Position numbers and translations under genes: made by a program. From NCBI GenBank assembly GCA_964016885.1, contig OZ024745.1:9238001-9302000 (forward strand): a DNA stretch of 64,000 nucleotides, written 5' to 3'. Positions 13,431 through 25,282 of this stretch are shown one piece after another. Under the pieces are notes generated by a model, which worked only from the letters and a program-made list of their open reading frames with translations, did no database searches and was not told the DNA's origin. The stretch is from Eledone cirrhosa. Its lineage: Eukaryota. Every line of letters starts with the position of its first letter. Position 1 is the stretch's first letter.

Positions 13431-13729
13431 TTAATGTCCACTTTCCCACTAACAAGGGTTAAACACTTGTTTTTAAAGTAAGATACTGCTCAAATCTTTG
13501 AAAGATTGTCAGAATTTAAAGTAAAAAACTGACTTTTCAGATACCAAAACTCTAGAAACCACACAACTTCATAATTAGGATTAATTAATGAATGACCATG
13601 AAATAAATAAATAAAAATACTGAGAAATAAAAATAATTTGACTTATCAGAAGATATATTCTTTGTTTTTGTTTATTGTGTTTGTGATTTAATTTGTATAT
13701 TAATTAGTGTGTCTGGGTGAATGTTTGAT

Positions 13730-14105
13730 GAGAGAGTGAGGGATTAGAGAGAGAGGGAGCAAGAGAAGGGGAAAGAGGGGGAGCAAGAGAAGGGGTTAGA
13801 GAGAGAGGGGGCAAGAGAAGGGGAGAGAGAGAGGGAGCAAGAGAAGAGGAGAGAGAGAGGTGGGAGAGATGGAGAGAGAGAGAGAGTGTGTAAGTGTGTG
13901 TGTGTCCTTGTGAATGAATGATGGGAGAACGAGGGGGGAGAGAGAAAAAGGAGAGTGAGAATGTGTGTGTGTGTGTCTGTATATGTATGTGTGTGTGTAA
14001 GTGTATGCATGTGTGTGTATGTGTATATGTATGTGTGTGAGTGTGTGTGTATATGTATGCATGTGTGAGTGTGTGTGTATATGTATGCATGTGTGTGTGT
14101 TTGTG
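13730..14105. repeat. GA-rich and (GT/TA)n simple repeats
   Basis: Direct inspection. Confidence 0.9.
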
Positions 14106-14235
14106 AGCCATTGTGAGCCAAGGTTATTATTATCATTAAAAATGACATGAGAACATATTTTGGTATTTGACCTTTATGGAACGGGGTTTTGAAAAGGATT
14201 CTAGAAAATTAATTTGAGGAGACGTAATGTGAATA

Positions 14236-14445
14236 ATAATGGCTCCTGATTTAGGCACAAGGCCAACAATTTTGGGAGGAGGGATAGTCGATTAAATCGA
14301 CCCCAGTGCATTACTGGTACTTTATTTTATCAACCCCGTAAAGATGAAAGGCAAAGCTAAACCTGGTGTGATTTGTACTCAGAACGTAAAAGGACATAAC
14401 TCTATACCACGAAGTATGTTGTCTGACGCTCTACCGACACTGCTT
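14236..14445 (-). mobile_element. Family A SINE
   Basis: TTTAGGCACAAGGCC...CTGGTACTTTATTTTATC...GATTTGTACTCAGA. Confidence 0.85.
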
Positions 14446-15229
14446 TCTTTATGCCTTTGTGTCTCGAAGAGAGAAAATTGGCTGATGTACAGACAAACCA
14501 ATATTTTACTGGTATATCCTTAATCACCACAAAGGAGATTATTTTGTCATCATTCTATCAATCATCGGCTTTCCCTGTTAGTAAGGGTTGGACTGAGAAG
14601 CCCCCATTGGCCGCTATGTGGAATACTAAATTAGTGTTAGGGGTTTTAAACTAAAAATTGTTAAGTAGCAAACTTGATAGCCAACCACTCTAATCTCATT
14701 CTAAGTAATGAAAGTAGAAATTAATAGTTCAGTTCTTATGAAAGGAACAAATTTAATATCATCATAGCTGACATATTGTTGGGTTTTGGTGGGAACTCTA
14801 ATTTGCAATATTTCTAGGGTGGATTTCAGAATAAGCATATCACCATAAATTTTTCTAAATCTGGGAGTACCAGCAGCAGCTGGGGATTGATAAGGAGGTG
14901 GGTGGTGGTGGGGACATTGCCATCCTTTAGCAACAAGCTCACATGAGAGAAAATTTTACAGTGATCATTATCAACACAACTATACAGGATTACAGTTATG
15001 TTGACACACTATATCTCATTTCGTTCATGAATATACATCTCATCATAGGTATTGTGATGTCTGTTTTTATCAATACGTCTGAGAAAGAATAGATAAAATA
15101 GGTTAAAGCCCCTTAACTTCTGATGGAGTCACAGGAGCAGCATCTCGATGCACAGTATGTCTTGGGTATTTTAGACTTGATGCAGCCCATCTTTCTCCAG
15201 GTCAGAACAAAGCTGATTTTCAGGGAATG

Positions 15230-15385
15230 AATCAACCCCAATATTGAACTGATTCTCTATTTATCAACCCTGAAAGGATGGAAGGCAAAGTTGACCTCGG
15301 TGAGATTTGAACTTGGACTGCAGTGAGTCAGACAGATACTGAGGTCTTTTTTATCTGATGCCCTAATGGCTGCCAATTCACTGTC
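15230..15385 (-). mobile_element. Degenerate family A SINE
   Basis: AAAGGATGGAAGGCAAAGTTGACCTCGGTGAGATTTGAACT. Confidence 0.75.
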
Positions 15386-16242
15386 TGAGAAAGATTAGAG
15401 AATTTCCATTATTGAGGAAAGTAGAAAGAATGCATATGATGGAAGCAGTGTATTTCAAATTGTTTTCTATCTTTTTCTATCATTGCAAACATGGGTAGAA
15501 CAATTTTCGTAGGTAACTAGATAGATATATAGAAGCATGTTACAGTATTTATAAGAAGATGTAGGAAGCTCAGGCATAGAAAATAACTGTAATTAAAGTA
15601 AGTTGCTATAGAATAGCCTACAAAAACCTTAGAGATGGAACAATGTTGTCAGAAGCAGCTACAAAGAATCAAATTCTATCATATTTTAAAATAAGACAGA
15701 TCTATAACTAACATGCATTATGTGGTTGAGGAATTAAGTTCTGTACATCTGATGATGAGGCTTTGTTTACAGTGACAAAATGGTGAACAAACTTCATTCA
15801 CAGTGTCTCTGTCTTTTCCCCAATGGTATGACTGAATCAATGCAAGCTATTAACAAACCATTTACACACATTAACTGAACAAAAGACTCAATATAATGTG
15901 GAGTTAAGTATCTATTATAACAAAGTTGACAGTTACTTCACAATTTTGCTAAGAACTGGATTTTCAGAAAGTGTATATTACTAGAAATAGAAAATAAATG
16001 CATGTAAATAGTATTGAAGTTGGAGTGAATTGGTGATAGTAAAAGTAGGGAGGTTTGTCAGAGATGGCAAATATAGGTCTCTGTATGGGTGTTGTTCAAA
16101 TAGCTGGTTATATTGAATAAAACATAAATACAGGATACATAAAATTTGAAATTTTGAATGAAGTAATGTCGGCCTTAGTGGCTGTAATTAAACAGTTTAA
16201 GGGTCTGGTAGTTATTCCAAACTAGTGGACCAGTTCTCTTAA

Positions 16243-16427
16243 TAATTGTTTCTACTTTTGGCACAAGGCCAGCAATTATCCCAGTGCATTACTGGTACTT
16301 TATTTTATCAAGCCCTAAAGGATGAAAGGCAAAGTTAACCTCGGCGTGATTCGAACTCAGACCACAAAGGGACGTAACTCTATGCTCCAAAGCATGGCGC
16401 CCGACCCTCTAGTGATACTGCCAATCC
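16243..16427 (-). mobile_element. Family A SINE (young subtype)
   Basis: Near-identical to the 27917-28094 copy, with B box GATTCGAACTC. Confidence 0.9.
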
Positions 16428-16848
16428 AATAGCAATTGTGTTGAATTATTCAATTTTTGGAGTCCATGACTGGTATGCCATAAATACCAGGATTACTGGA
16501 TATATCAACAATCATACAAACAGAGAAATTTGCGTTTTGATAAATTTATGGTTTGCATTAAAGAAACCCTATAGTTTCTGTTGATTGTGGACACACGGAA
16601 GTGATTAAATGATATTGCAATCATTTATTTGTCGGACATAATTACATAAATGTTTAGCATGTATGTACAAATGACATACACAATAAAATGTCTGTGAAAC
16701 TTTACAGGGATAAATGTAGGATTAGAATCCAGGACCACATGATTGGAAAGTGAACTTCTGATTGTAGCAACATGACTGAGATAGGAAATGTATTGTTTGT
16801 ATGTGTCTGTATAGTTATGTGTGAACATTTTAACAGATTATATATATA

Positions 16849-17907
16849 CTAGCAGAGGTACCCGGCGTTGCTCGGGTATTAAAAAGCAGTTGTGTATACC
16901 ATTTATGTCAATACATCAGTGCTGCTTCGAAAACTATACTTTTACAAAATCATCGGCTTTTTCCAGGGGTCCCCTACTCAATATGTGCCAATTCTGAGAG
17001 TTCACATTCATCTGTAGGACAAACGTAGCCCATGTGTTAAGTTTTGTGAAAATCAGTTGCGAACTCCAGAAGTTATGACGTTTTGTTGCATTGCACTGCA
17101 GTGCTTCAGTCGACTCCAAGGAAGTGGTTAAAGGGGGTTATCTGCCGGGAGGCCCTATAATCAATATCTGGAAAAATAAAAGTGCCCATGACCATCCGGA
17201 GTACATAAGTAACCTATGTATTAAGTTTGGTGAAAATACTGTAGAAATGCATAAGATTTATACATACGCATGCGTGCGTGTGTATGTGTGTGTGTTTGTG
17301 GGTGTGTATGTATTTGTGTGTGCGTATGTATGTATGTGTATGTCCGTCGGGGCATACGTATGTACTGGCTTAAATCTTCACTATTTACTTTTACTATTTT
17401 AATAACCTCTGTCATTTTCGTTTTCAATTTTATTTACATCATTCTTAAACTCCTGGGCTGGAAATTATTCTGTTATTTTAAATAGAATATTAGTCTAACG
17501 ACTCCATTTATACCATAAACTTGGTCTTGTCTTTGCATGAAATTGTTCTTCTCGCTCCACATAACGACGTATTATCTTCGCTTTTTTCCCGTTCATTGCC
17601 AGGGAACGTCTTCACGAACCAAAATATCGTCTTCTTGTTTTCGTTGGGTTGCAAAACGTTTCTCGAAATATTTACTTCTGCGTTCACAGATTACTCTCAG
17701 TTCAATTTGAATGGGAAATTCCTGTTTCATCGATTTTCTCCGGAACCATGGAAGCTTGTAGCTTGAAAGTCGACCCAATGCCTCCTCGAGTCATTCCTCA
17801 TAACTGTAAATTTTCGCTGCATTCCACCAAGCCATTTCGACGTTTATCTGACTACACCTACTTACTTAAATATACAACGTCCGACCACTTCCAATTTATA
17901 TAGTAGA
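16849..17907 (-). mobile_element. Non-autonomous Helitron
   Basis: On the minus strand it starts A|TCTACTATATAAA and ends with the hairpin ACCCGAGCAACGCCGGGT followed by CTAG|T. It sits in an AT dinucleotide with no TSD, which are canonical Helitron termini. Confidence 0.88.
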
Positions 17908-17999
17908 TATATATATATAACGAAGGAAGTGAGGTAAGGAACCAGGTGGACCATAACGCACCTGAGTACTTGATACTTTGGGTAGTAGAGTGGTTAATA

Positions 18000-18081
18000 G
18001 GAAAATGTTCAGGACCCCGACGGCAGAGCTCAAGCCGTTTTGGCGGCTTGAGCTCTGCCGTCGGGGTCCTGAACCTTTTCC
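18000..18081. mobile_element. 82-bp palindromic element (MITE-like), TA-flanked
   Basis: Arms GGAAAATGTTCAGGACCCCGACGGCAGAGCTCAAGCCG and its reverse complement with one mismatch, 6-nt loop. Confidence 0.65.
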
Positions 18082-18539
18082 TATATATATATATTCAATC
18101 ATTCAAACCAATCCCACACATAGCTTGCCCTTACCATTATTAACAATGACAATATCACCACCACAGCTGTTTGCTATCTCCTTCTACTCCACCCACCCCT
18201 TCAGTGTCTCCCCCTTCTTTACCATAGCCCTGGTAGTACTACCACACCTATCCACTGTCCCTCCCTTTTCTTCTTCTTCTCCCCCTACCCCACTTCTCCT
18301 TCTCTCCTCCACTACTACCACTACAGTCGAAGCCAACAATTTAAACTGTTACTACCTCTGTTGGTCAACACTAACAGAGAACGAAAGAAAACTTCTGACA
18401 AAAATATGAACTTTCCTCTCTAAATATGTGTGTAAAAACTAAACATTTTTTCTCCATTCTATATTCGTATAAACATGCAATTTAACTGCCCTATACACTT
18501 CCGTTGTTGAAAAGGCATATAAAGCTGAAACCGGTACAC

Positions 18540-19380
18540 GATTGTATGATGCTTGTATACGAACAGCAATGTTACATGGCAGTGAGACATGGGCATTGAG
18601 TGCAGAGGACCTACGCAGACTGGAAAGGAACGAAGCATGCATGCTCCGTTGGATGTGTAATAGTAATATACACGAACGGCAAAACATAAATGAACTAAGT
18701 GAGAAATTAGGAATAAGAGGGATCAGATGCTGTTTACTTGAGAGAAGATTACGTTGGTATAGTCACGTGATGCGCATGAAAGACGACAGCTACATAAAAA
18801 GTACAGGCCGATCAAAATTGATGGCAGTTACAGAGTATGTAGATCCAGAAAAACCTGGGACGACATGATAAATTCTGACCTTGCATACTTGCACCTCTCT
18901 AAGACAATGTCACTGGATCGAGATCTTTGGCGCCACGCAGTAATACAGAAGACTCGCCTTCTCTACATGCAAAGTTAATCTACAGTCAGTAGGCACTTCT
19001 TAACCAATTATACACGCCAACCCACTACCCCTACTCCACCATCCCACTCCCACCAACACCACCCTTTCTCTGTAAAGTTATGTTGGTACCACAACATCCA
19101 GTCCAAACAAATGAGGTCGTGTAGGTGTCATGACAAAAAAACACGCAGTCCACGCTGTAATGTGGTCGTGTAGGTAACACGGTGAAAAGCTCCCAGTCCA
19201 CACTGTAAATGTGGTTGGTGTTAGGAAGAGCATCCAGCATAGAAAACCTGCCAGATAGTCCTATACGAGCAAGACACAGTCACCCGACTAATCTTGCCTC
19301 AAGTAGGACAATTACCGTCTAACCCATGCTAGCGTGGAAGATAGACGTTAAACGATAATAATGATGATGATGATTATTAT
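18540..19380 (+). mobile_element. RTE LINE 3' fragment
   Basis: YDACIRTAMLHGSETW...RRLRWYSHVMRM, 3' UTR homologous to 33398-33780, (GAT)n tail. Confidence 0.95.
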
Positions 19381-19599
19381 TAATGCAGAAATCCCTACTT
19401 TATGAATAAATGTTTTGATATTATACTGAAAAAATCATCAACATTTTCTACTGTATTTTTTTCCTTTTTACTCTTTGTTTATATATATCAACTCGTGTGT
19501 CACTTTTCTACATTCCATATATATATATATAAATGGATATATTTTCCTCTGTTTTGGGATAATCCAATTTACATTCTTTAAATATATATGGGATTTACA

Positions 19600-20010
19600 C
19601 CTAGGAAGTTCCCCTCCGAGGCACAAGTCCGAGCAAGGTTGATTGTGGAAGACCAGCAGTCACACATGCATACCACCCTCCCATCTCCACGCCCCTGATG
19701 TTGTCCAAGAGAAAGGCAATGACCGATACAGCTTGGCACCAGTGACAACACAACATATATATATACACTATATATATATATATATATACATTATATATAC
19801 TCTATGTACAGTATATATTATACACTATATATGATGTTGTCCAAGGGAAAGCAATGACCGATACAGCTTGGCACCAGTGACGTCACAACTCATTTCTGCA
19901 GCTGGGTGAACTGGAACAACGTGAAATAAAGAGTTTTGTTTAAGGACACAACGCATCACCTGGTCCGAGAATCGAACTCCCAATCTCCCGATTGTAAGCC
20001 CAATGCTCTA
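19600..20010 (-). mobile_element. tRNA-derived SINE (family B-like head) with an internal duplication around a TA tract
   Basis: B box GAATCGAACTC at about 19969. TGATGTTGTCCAAG...GGCACCAGTGAC occurs at about 19697 and about 19832. Confidence 0.75.
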
Positions 20011-20362
20011 TGGTTGATAATTAACCATAGAATAGATTAATAAATACTGGATTTTTGTTGTATAAAAGACGTCTCATTAAGAATGTTTTAAAGAATTTTC
20101 GGTGGTAATACTAAGTTAAAATGTTAACTAATTTTAATCTGAAATCAACATTATATGTATTGTAAAGGTGTTGATGTAATATAGAGTAAGATGAAACCGT
20201 ATTTAGCCTCGTCAACATCCGTGGTAATGTTCCAAGTATGTTGGGTTGCCTCAAAGTTTTCGATTGACCTTTGTGATGTGCGGCCGATTGTCGACTTGGT
20301 GGTGAATTGATGGTCGTTTTGTTTAATCTTATAAATTTCTTAAGTATTGTATATATTATTTG

Positions 20363-21023
20363 GGCATAGGTTAAGTTTAACGTCCTCGAAAATGAAACTA
20401 GGTTTTCTGACAAGTGAATGTGTTTTTTGTTTTTTTTTACAATGAAATTTACGATACACTCTTTGTTTATTTACAACAGGTCTCTATAGTGATATGGTGT
20501 TAATTAGTATTGCGTGTGTGATTATTTTCTCTTATATATATATGTGTGGGTGTGTATATGTGTGTATATATATGTGTGTCTGTATGTATATATATATGTG
20601 TGTTTGTATATATATATGTGTTTGTGTCATCATCATCGTTTAGATGTTTTTGTAATATCTTGCCAAAGTTGGCACCAACTATAAACAAATTAAGGCCGGG
20701 TCATAAGAAGGACAGAGAATGATAAGGGATTTGGGTAAAAACATGTAAACGATGATGATGACACAAACACATATATATATACAAACACACATATATATAT
20801 ACATACAGACACACATATATATACACACATATACACACCCACACATATATATATAAGAGAAAATAATCACACACGCAATACTAATTAACACCATATCACT
20901 ATAGAGACCTGTTGTAAATAAACAAAGAGTGTATCGTAAATTTCATTGTAAAAAAAAAAAAAACACATTCACTTGTCAGAAAACCTAGTTTCATTTTCGA
21001 GGACGTTAAACTTAACCTATGCC
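20363..21023. mobile_element. Mutator (MULE)-like non-autonomous foldback element
   Basis: Near-perfect TIRs of ~288 bp starting GGCATAGG, ~85-bp spacer, perfect 9-bp TSD TATTATTTG at 20354-20362 and 21024-21032. Confidence 0.85.
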
Positions 21024-21469
21024 TATTATTTGTGTCTATTTTCAATCTGTAAGAATTATAAATAATATGTAATGTTATTTATACAATCGTGAATAAACTA
21101 CACAGTTTCTATTAATGGTGAAGTTCAAAATACTGACAGGTCTAAGGGAGATAATGTCAGTTGGTAATGTTTGTAAAGGAAACCACTGTAATACCTGAGT
21201 CAGTTACAATACGACGTACAGCTATTCAAAATACTACAATTTACTAAAAGACCCAAGGAAACTATATATTTTATTCTATGTAAAAATATATCATGTAAAA
21301 ACAATTTAATAGAAAGAAATATAAAATAATTATATTTAAAAACATACTCTTGTTAAAATTTAGGGCTTTGGATGAATTAAGTAATATGGTTTTTATCAAT
21401 TTGTATTTAAAATTTTAATTTTATTTATTACTTTTTATTATAATTAAGCAGAAAAAGTGGATTAACTGA

Positions 21470-21860
21470 GTCGTTAGAGCGTCGGACAAATACTTAGCCG
21501 TAATTAGCTCTAGCTCTTTATATTCTGAGTTCAAATCCTGCCCAGATCAACTTTGCCCTTCATCCTTCCAAGGTCAATAAGATAAAGTACCAGTGAAATA
21601 GCTAGCCTTGTGCCCAAATTAAAAAAACTCATTAAAATTAAACAGAAAGAGCAGTAAGCAATACATGTAGCAGCTATATATATAATAAAGAGGGTGTGGT
21701 AAGATACCAGGTGAACCCTAATGGGTATTGGATTGATACTGTACCCATTGATTTAGCAGAGGTATTAGAGTATTGGATATTTGTTATGGGTCTATATGTT
21801 CAAATCTCGCTGAAGTTTATTTTGCCTTTCATCCTTTTAGGGTCGATAAAGAAAGTGCCG
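21470..21860 (+). mobile_element. Two degenerate family A SINE copies
   Basis: GAGTTCAAATCC B box plus core at 21527-21592, second core at 21797-21860. Confidence 0.7.
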
Positions 21861-23070
21861 GCAGAGTGCTGGTCTGGTGCAGCCTTCTTTCCTTTGATGT
21901 TCTGCTTGGAGTGAGGTTCGAGAAGGTGTCAGTGTCTGCTCACAACTGCATGGGCCCCTAAAACCCTTAGCAAAAGCATGGTACATACATGATTGTAAGT
22001 GATGGTTGTAGTTTGTAGTAGTTTTTATCTGTGGTGAATATGGTGGCTTTCTTGGCCTGGATGAGCTCTGAGGGCTGATGCTGACATATGTGAGGAGTAA
22101 GGTACTAGTGTAGCAAATCCCTTGATTCTGACGGTCTTCATAGACCGTCATGTCAACTGAATGCTAGTTGTTTTGCTTGACATATCGAGATAAATTTAAT
22201 TTTAATGTCATCTTTAGTGAAAATAAATATCTCCGCAGTTTTGGAGTCTGCAGGATTATCCAGAGATGTTAGAAAGTGGATCAAAGGTTAACCCTTCATT
22301 CCTGGGCATGAGGTATTTTCCTTATATGACACAAATACTACAGTAAGTGGTTCTTTCTCTCCCTCACATATTCTAAATATTGCAGTAGAGGTGAAGGCTA
22401 TCACATCCATGGCAGAACAGAGCAAGCTGCAGACGTATTGCCAGTTATTTTACATTTTTCAACCTGTGACGTTTGGAAGAGCTAGGCCACAGACCATGAA
22501 GTTTCGTGGCCTCATAGTTATCTCATCAGTGTCAGGTGAAGCTTGAGAGAATGGCAGGGTCGCTCGAGTGCCACAGCCACACAATATTTCATGATAATGC
22601 TGAGGGGGTTTGGGTTGCTTTTGTTGATAAAGAAATAAAAAAGAGAAATAGAAAAACATGCTTATTCTTGTTGTTTAGCCTGCCCTGATCAAGCTGACCT
22701 ATTATTAAAAGCATTCCAGCCGTGACCAACTTATATTTTCTATATATGTAGGGAACCAAGGCTTTCATTATCTAATGTCATTATCTAAGGTGGGGGATGT
22801 GATTTGAGAGAGATTTGGTTGTTATTTCTAGGTCCAGAGGCTCCCTTTGTTGGCTCGTCTTTATTCTTCTATTTACTATATATGAATAGGGTGGCTGATA
22901 AACATAATATGATGGCCAAATAACAAACAACTACACACAACATATATAGTGCTGGTGCTATGATAAAAGCACCCAGTCCACACTGTATGGTAGAAGTACT
23001 AGTGTCTCTTAAAAGTAACTAGACGACCTTGTGAAGTAGTCGTGCTTGAGGCACAATACATTGCCTTAGC

Positions 23071-23365
23071 ACACAATGTAAAGTGGTTGGCATTAGGAAG
23101 GGCATCCAGCCTTAGAAACCATACTCCCAGTACACAATGTAAAGTGGTTGGCATTACGAAGGGCATCCAGCCTTAGAAACCATACTCCCAGTACACAAGG
23201 TAAAGTGGTTGGCATTAGGAAGGGCATCCAGCCTTAGAAACCATACTCCCAGTACACAATGTAAAGTGGTTGGCATTAGGAAGGGCATCCAGCCTTAGAA
23301 ACCATACTCCCAGTACACAAGGTAAAGTGATTAGTACTAGGAAGGGCATCCAGCAGTAAAAACCA
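23071..23365 (+). repeat. 61-bp tandem repeat (~5 copies) derived from the RTE 3' UTR module
   Basis: ACACAATGTAAAGTGGTTGGCATTAGGAAGGGCATCCAGCCTTAGAAACCATACTCCCAGT at 23071, 23132, 23193, 23254 and 23315. Confidence 0.92.
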
Positions 23366-23588
23366 AGCCAAAAAGGAAGTGTACAAGCAAGATATCGTCA
23401 CCTGATCAGTCTAGCTTCAGTATGTGACAACCCACCTAACCCATGTATGGAAAATAGGCCTTAAGCAATGAAGATATATTGTGGGTTGAATCGATAACAT
23501 AAAGTACCAGTAGTGTACTGGGTACTTGCTGGCTTTGTGCCAAAAGTAGAAACAATTATATATAATGCTATAGATGTTATGTATAACG

Positions 23589-23620
<32 letters not shown>

Positions 23621-23627
23621 GTGTAAC

Positions 23628-23682
<55 letters not shown>

Positions 23683-23877
23683 TTATCAGACTTTAAAGAG
23701 CATATCTATATATAGTGCCATACAAGTAGAATATACCCCTACCAGACATATGCCGGCCGGTTAGCGTTTTGAGAACACAGTAACTTTGAATTATGTGACT
23801 ATTATTTATATATATAAAAAAAATATTTCTGAAAAAAAGGAAAAAACCCGTAAATATTTCAGAAAAATTTTTTCTGT

Positions 23878-23960
23878 TGACGTCACATGACAAAGTATTT
23901 CTTAATGCTTCGTATAAGCCCAAATCTGATTGGCTGGTTGTAAGCAGCAACTCTATTGGT
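23878..23960 (+). promoter_or_regulatory. Proximal promoter motif cluster: CRE, E-box and two inverted CCAAT boxes
   Basis: TGACGTCA 23878-23885 overlapping GTCACATGAC 23882-23891, CTGATTGGCT 23926-23935, ATTGG 23955-23959. Confidence 0.6.
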
Positions 23961-24011
23961 TCATTATGCAGTCTCTTCGCCAGGAAAATAACAACGCATT
24001 CTAAGTGAGGG

Positions 24012-24052
<41 letters not shown>

Positions 24053-24211
24053 GAAACCGTTAAGAAAATAGAAAGAGTAAAAGAAGCTCCCCCTTCTATT
24101 GATACACACATATATATATATATATATATTATAGCAAATAATTATATATGTCTAGATATACATATATATTCATATCTAAAGAAAAGGCAAATTTCTCGCT
24201 AACTGCTAATC

Positions 24212-24369
24212 AGTTACAATTACGAGGTGCTCTCTTCTAAAGTCGAGGAGAGAAGCTCAGATCAACCTCCTCCTTCCCTTCATCTAATCAAATCGAATGT
24301 TCGAGTATGTTAGCGTGAAGACTTCGTTATTACTCTAATTTGATGAACCCAAGCGACGTTTAGTTGCAG
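24212..24369 (+). other. Candidate non-coding first exon
   Basis: Initiator TCAGTT 24210-24215, consensus donor CAG|GTAAGT at 24369/24370, locally CpG-retaining unique sequence downstream of the motif cluster. Confidence 0.55.
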
Positions 24370-24930
24370 GTAAGTACAGATTTAGTTGTCATCTATTCTG
24401 TGGCTACTGTCGCCAAGTGCTAGCTAAGATTGTCCGCAACATTCTTTTTTTGCTTATTATATTGGACGAAAAGAGGGGGACTAATATACTCTATCCCGAT
24501 TGCTTTTCCTGAACCCTCACTTTCCGACCGTCTGTAAATCTATTTATGTATGTTTCCGACCATGCAAGTACATAGAGGCAGCCGAAATACAGTGTGTCAA
24601 TAAACTATATGTACACCATATAACACATATCTGGCTATACAATAACAGTAGTGTTTGTTCAGACGTGAACATTTTTCTTTAAAAATATCCAGACATAGTG
24701 CATGTCTATGGATTTATGTAAACTGTAGTCTTGAAATAAATACTTGTGTGGACACCCCCCTCTCTCTCTATTAATATATCTCATATAAAATAATACAGCC
24801 GATTATCCACACAATACAATATAGTTAGCACCCCAAACGTTTAATTGGGAATATACTCCGGTATTTCCTAATGTTTGTTGAGTGAGATGGAAATTGGTCG
24901 GAGTATCGTTATTAGCTTTCTCCGTTTATG

Positions 24931-24966
<36 letters not shown>

Positions 24967-25282
24967 TGCAATGGTTTCATGTATGTGTGTGTTAATTTTC
25001 TTATTCTCGTATGTTAATGTATACTCATTTAATATACAATTTTGAAAAATATTGCTCAATTTGCACGCACATATATGTAAAACATATAATGTATGTGTGA
25101 GTGTGTATATATATGATTATGCGTATATATATATATGTATGTATGTCTGTCTGCGTATATATGTGTATGTCTGTCTGTCTCTCTCTCTCTATATATATAT
25201 GTACGTGTGTTTATATATATATATACGTATCTATATAATTACATGGTGTCCTCTATTACCTGTCAACCAGGTGATACATAAC

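Noticed and set aside
12432-13455. His-rich or Asp/Gly-rich protein gene
   Set aside because: Pure triplet repeat open in several frames, with no non-repetitive domain or splice context, attached to a retroposon tail.
13704-14148. Overlapping His/Thr/Ser/Leu-rich ORFs
   Set aside because: Translations of (CA)n and (CT)n simple repeats.
21837-22151. 104-aa ORF with a few Cys/His residues, possible Zn finger
   Set aside because: No recognisable motif spacing or splice support; left unclassified.
22480-22540. Hammerhead ribozyme-like motif on the minus strand (CTGATGA...GAAAC...GTC)
   Set aside because: Stem II cannot pair beyond one base pair and stem I is only ~3 bp. An Infernal search would be needed to revive it.
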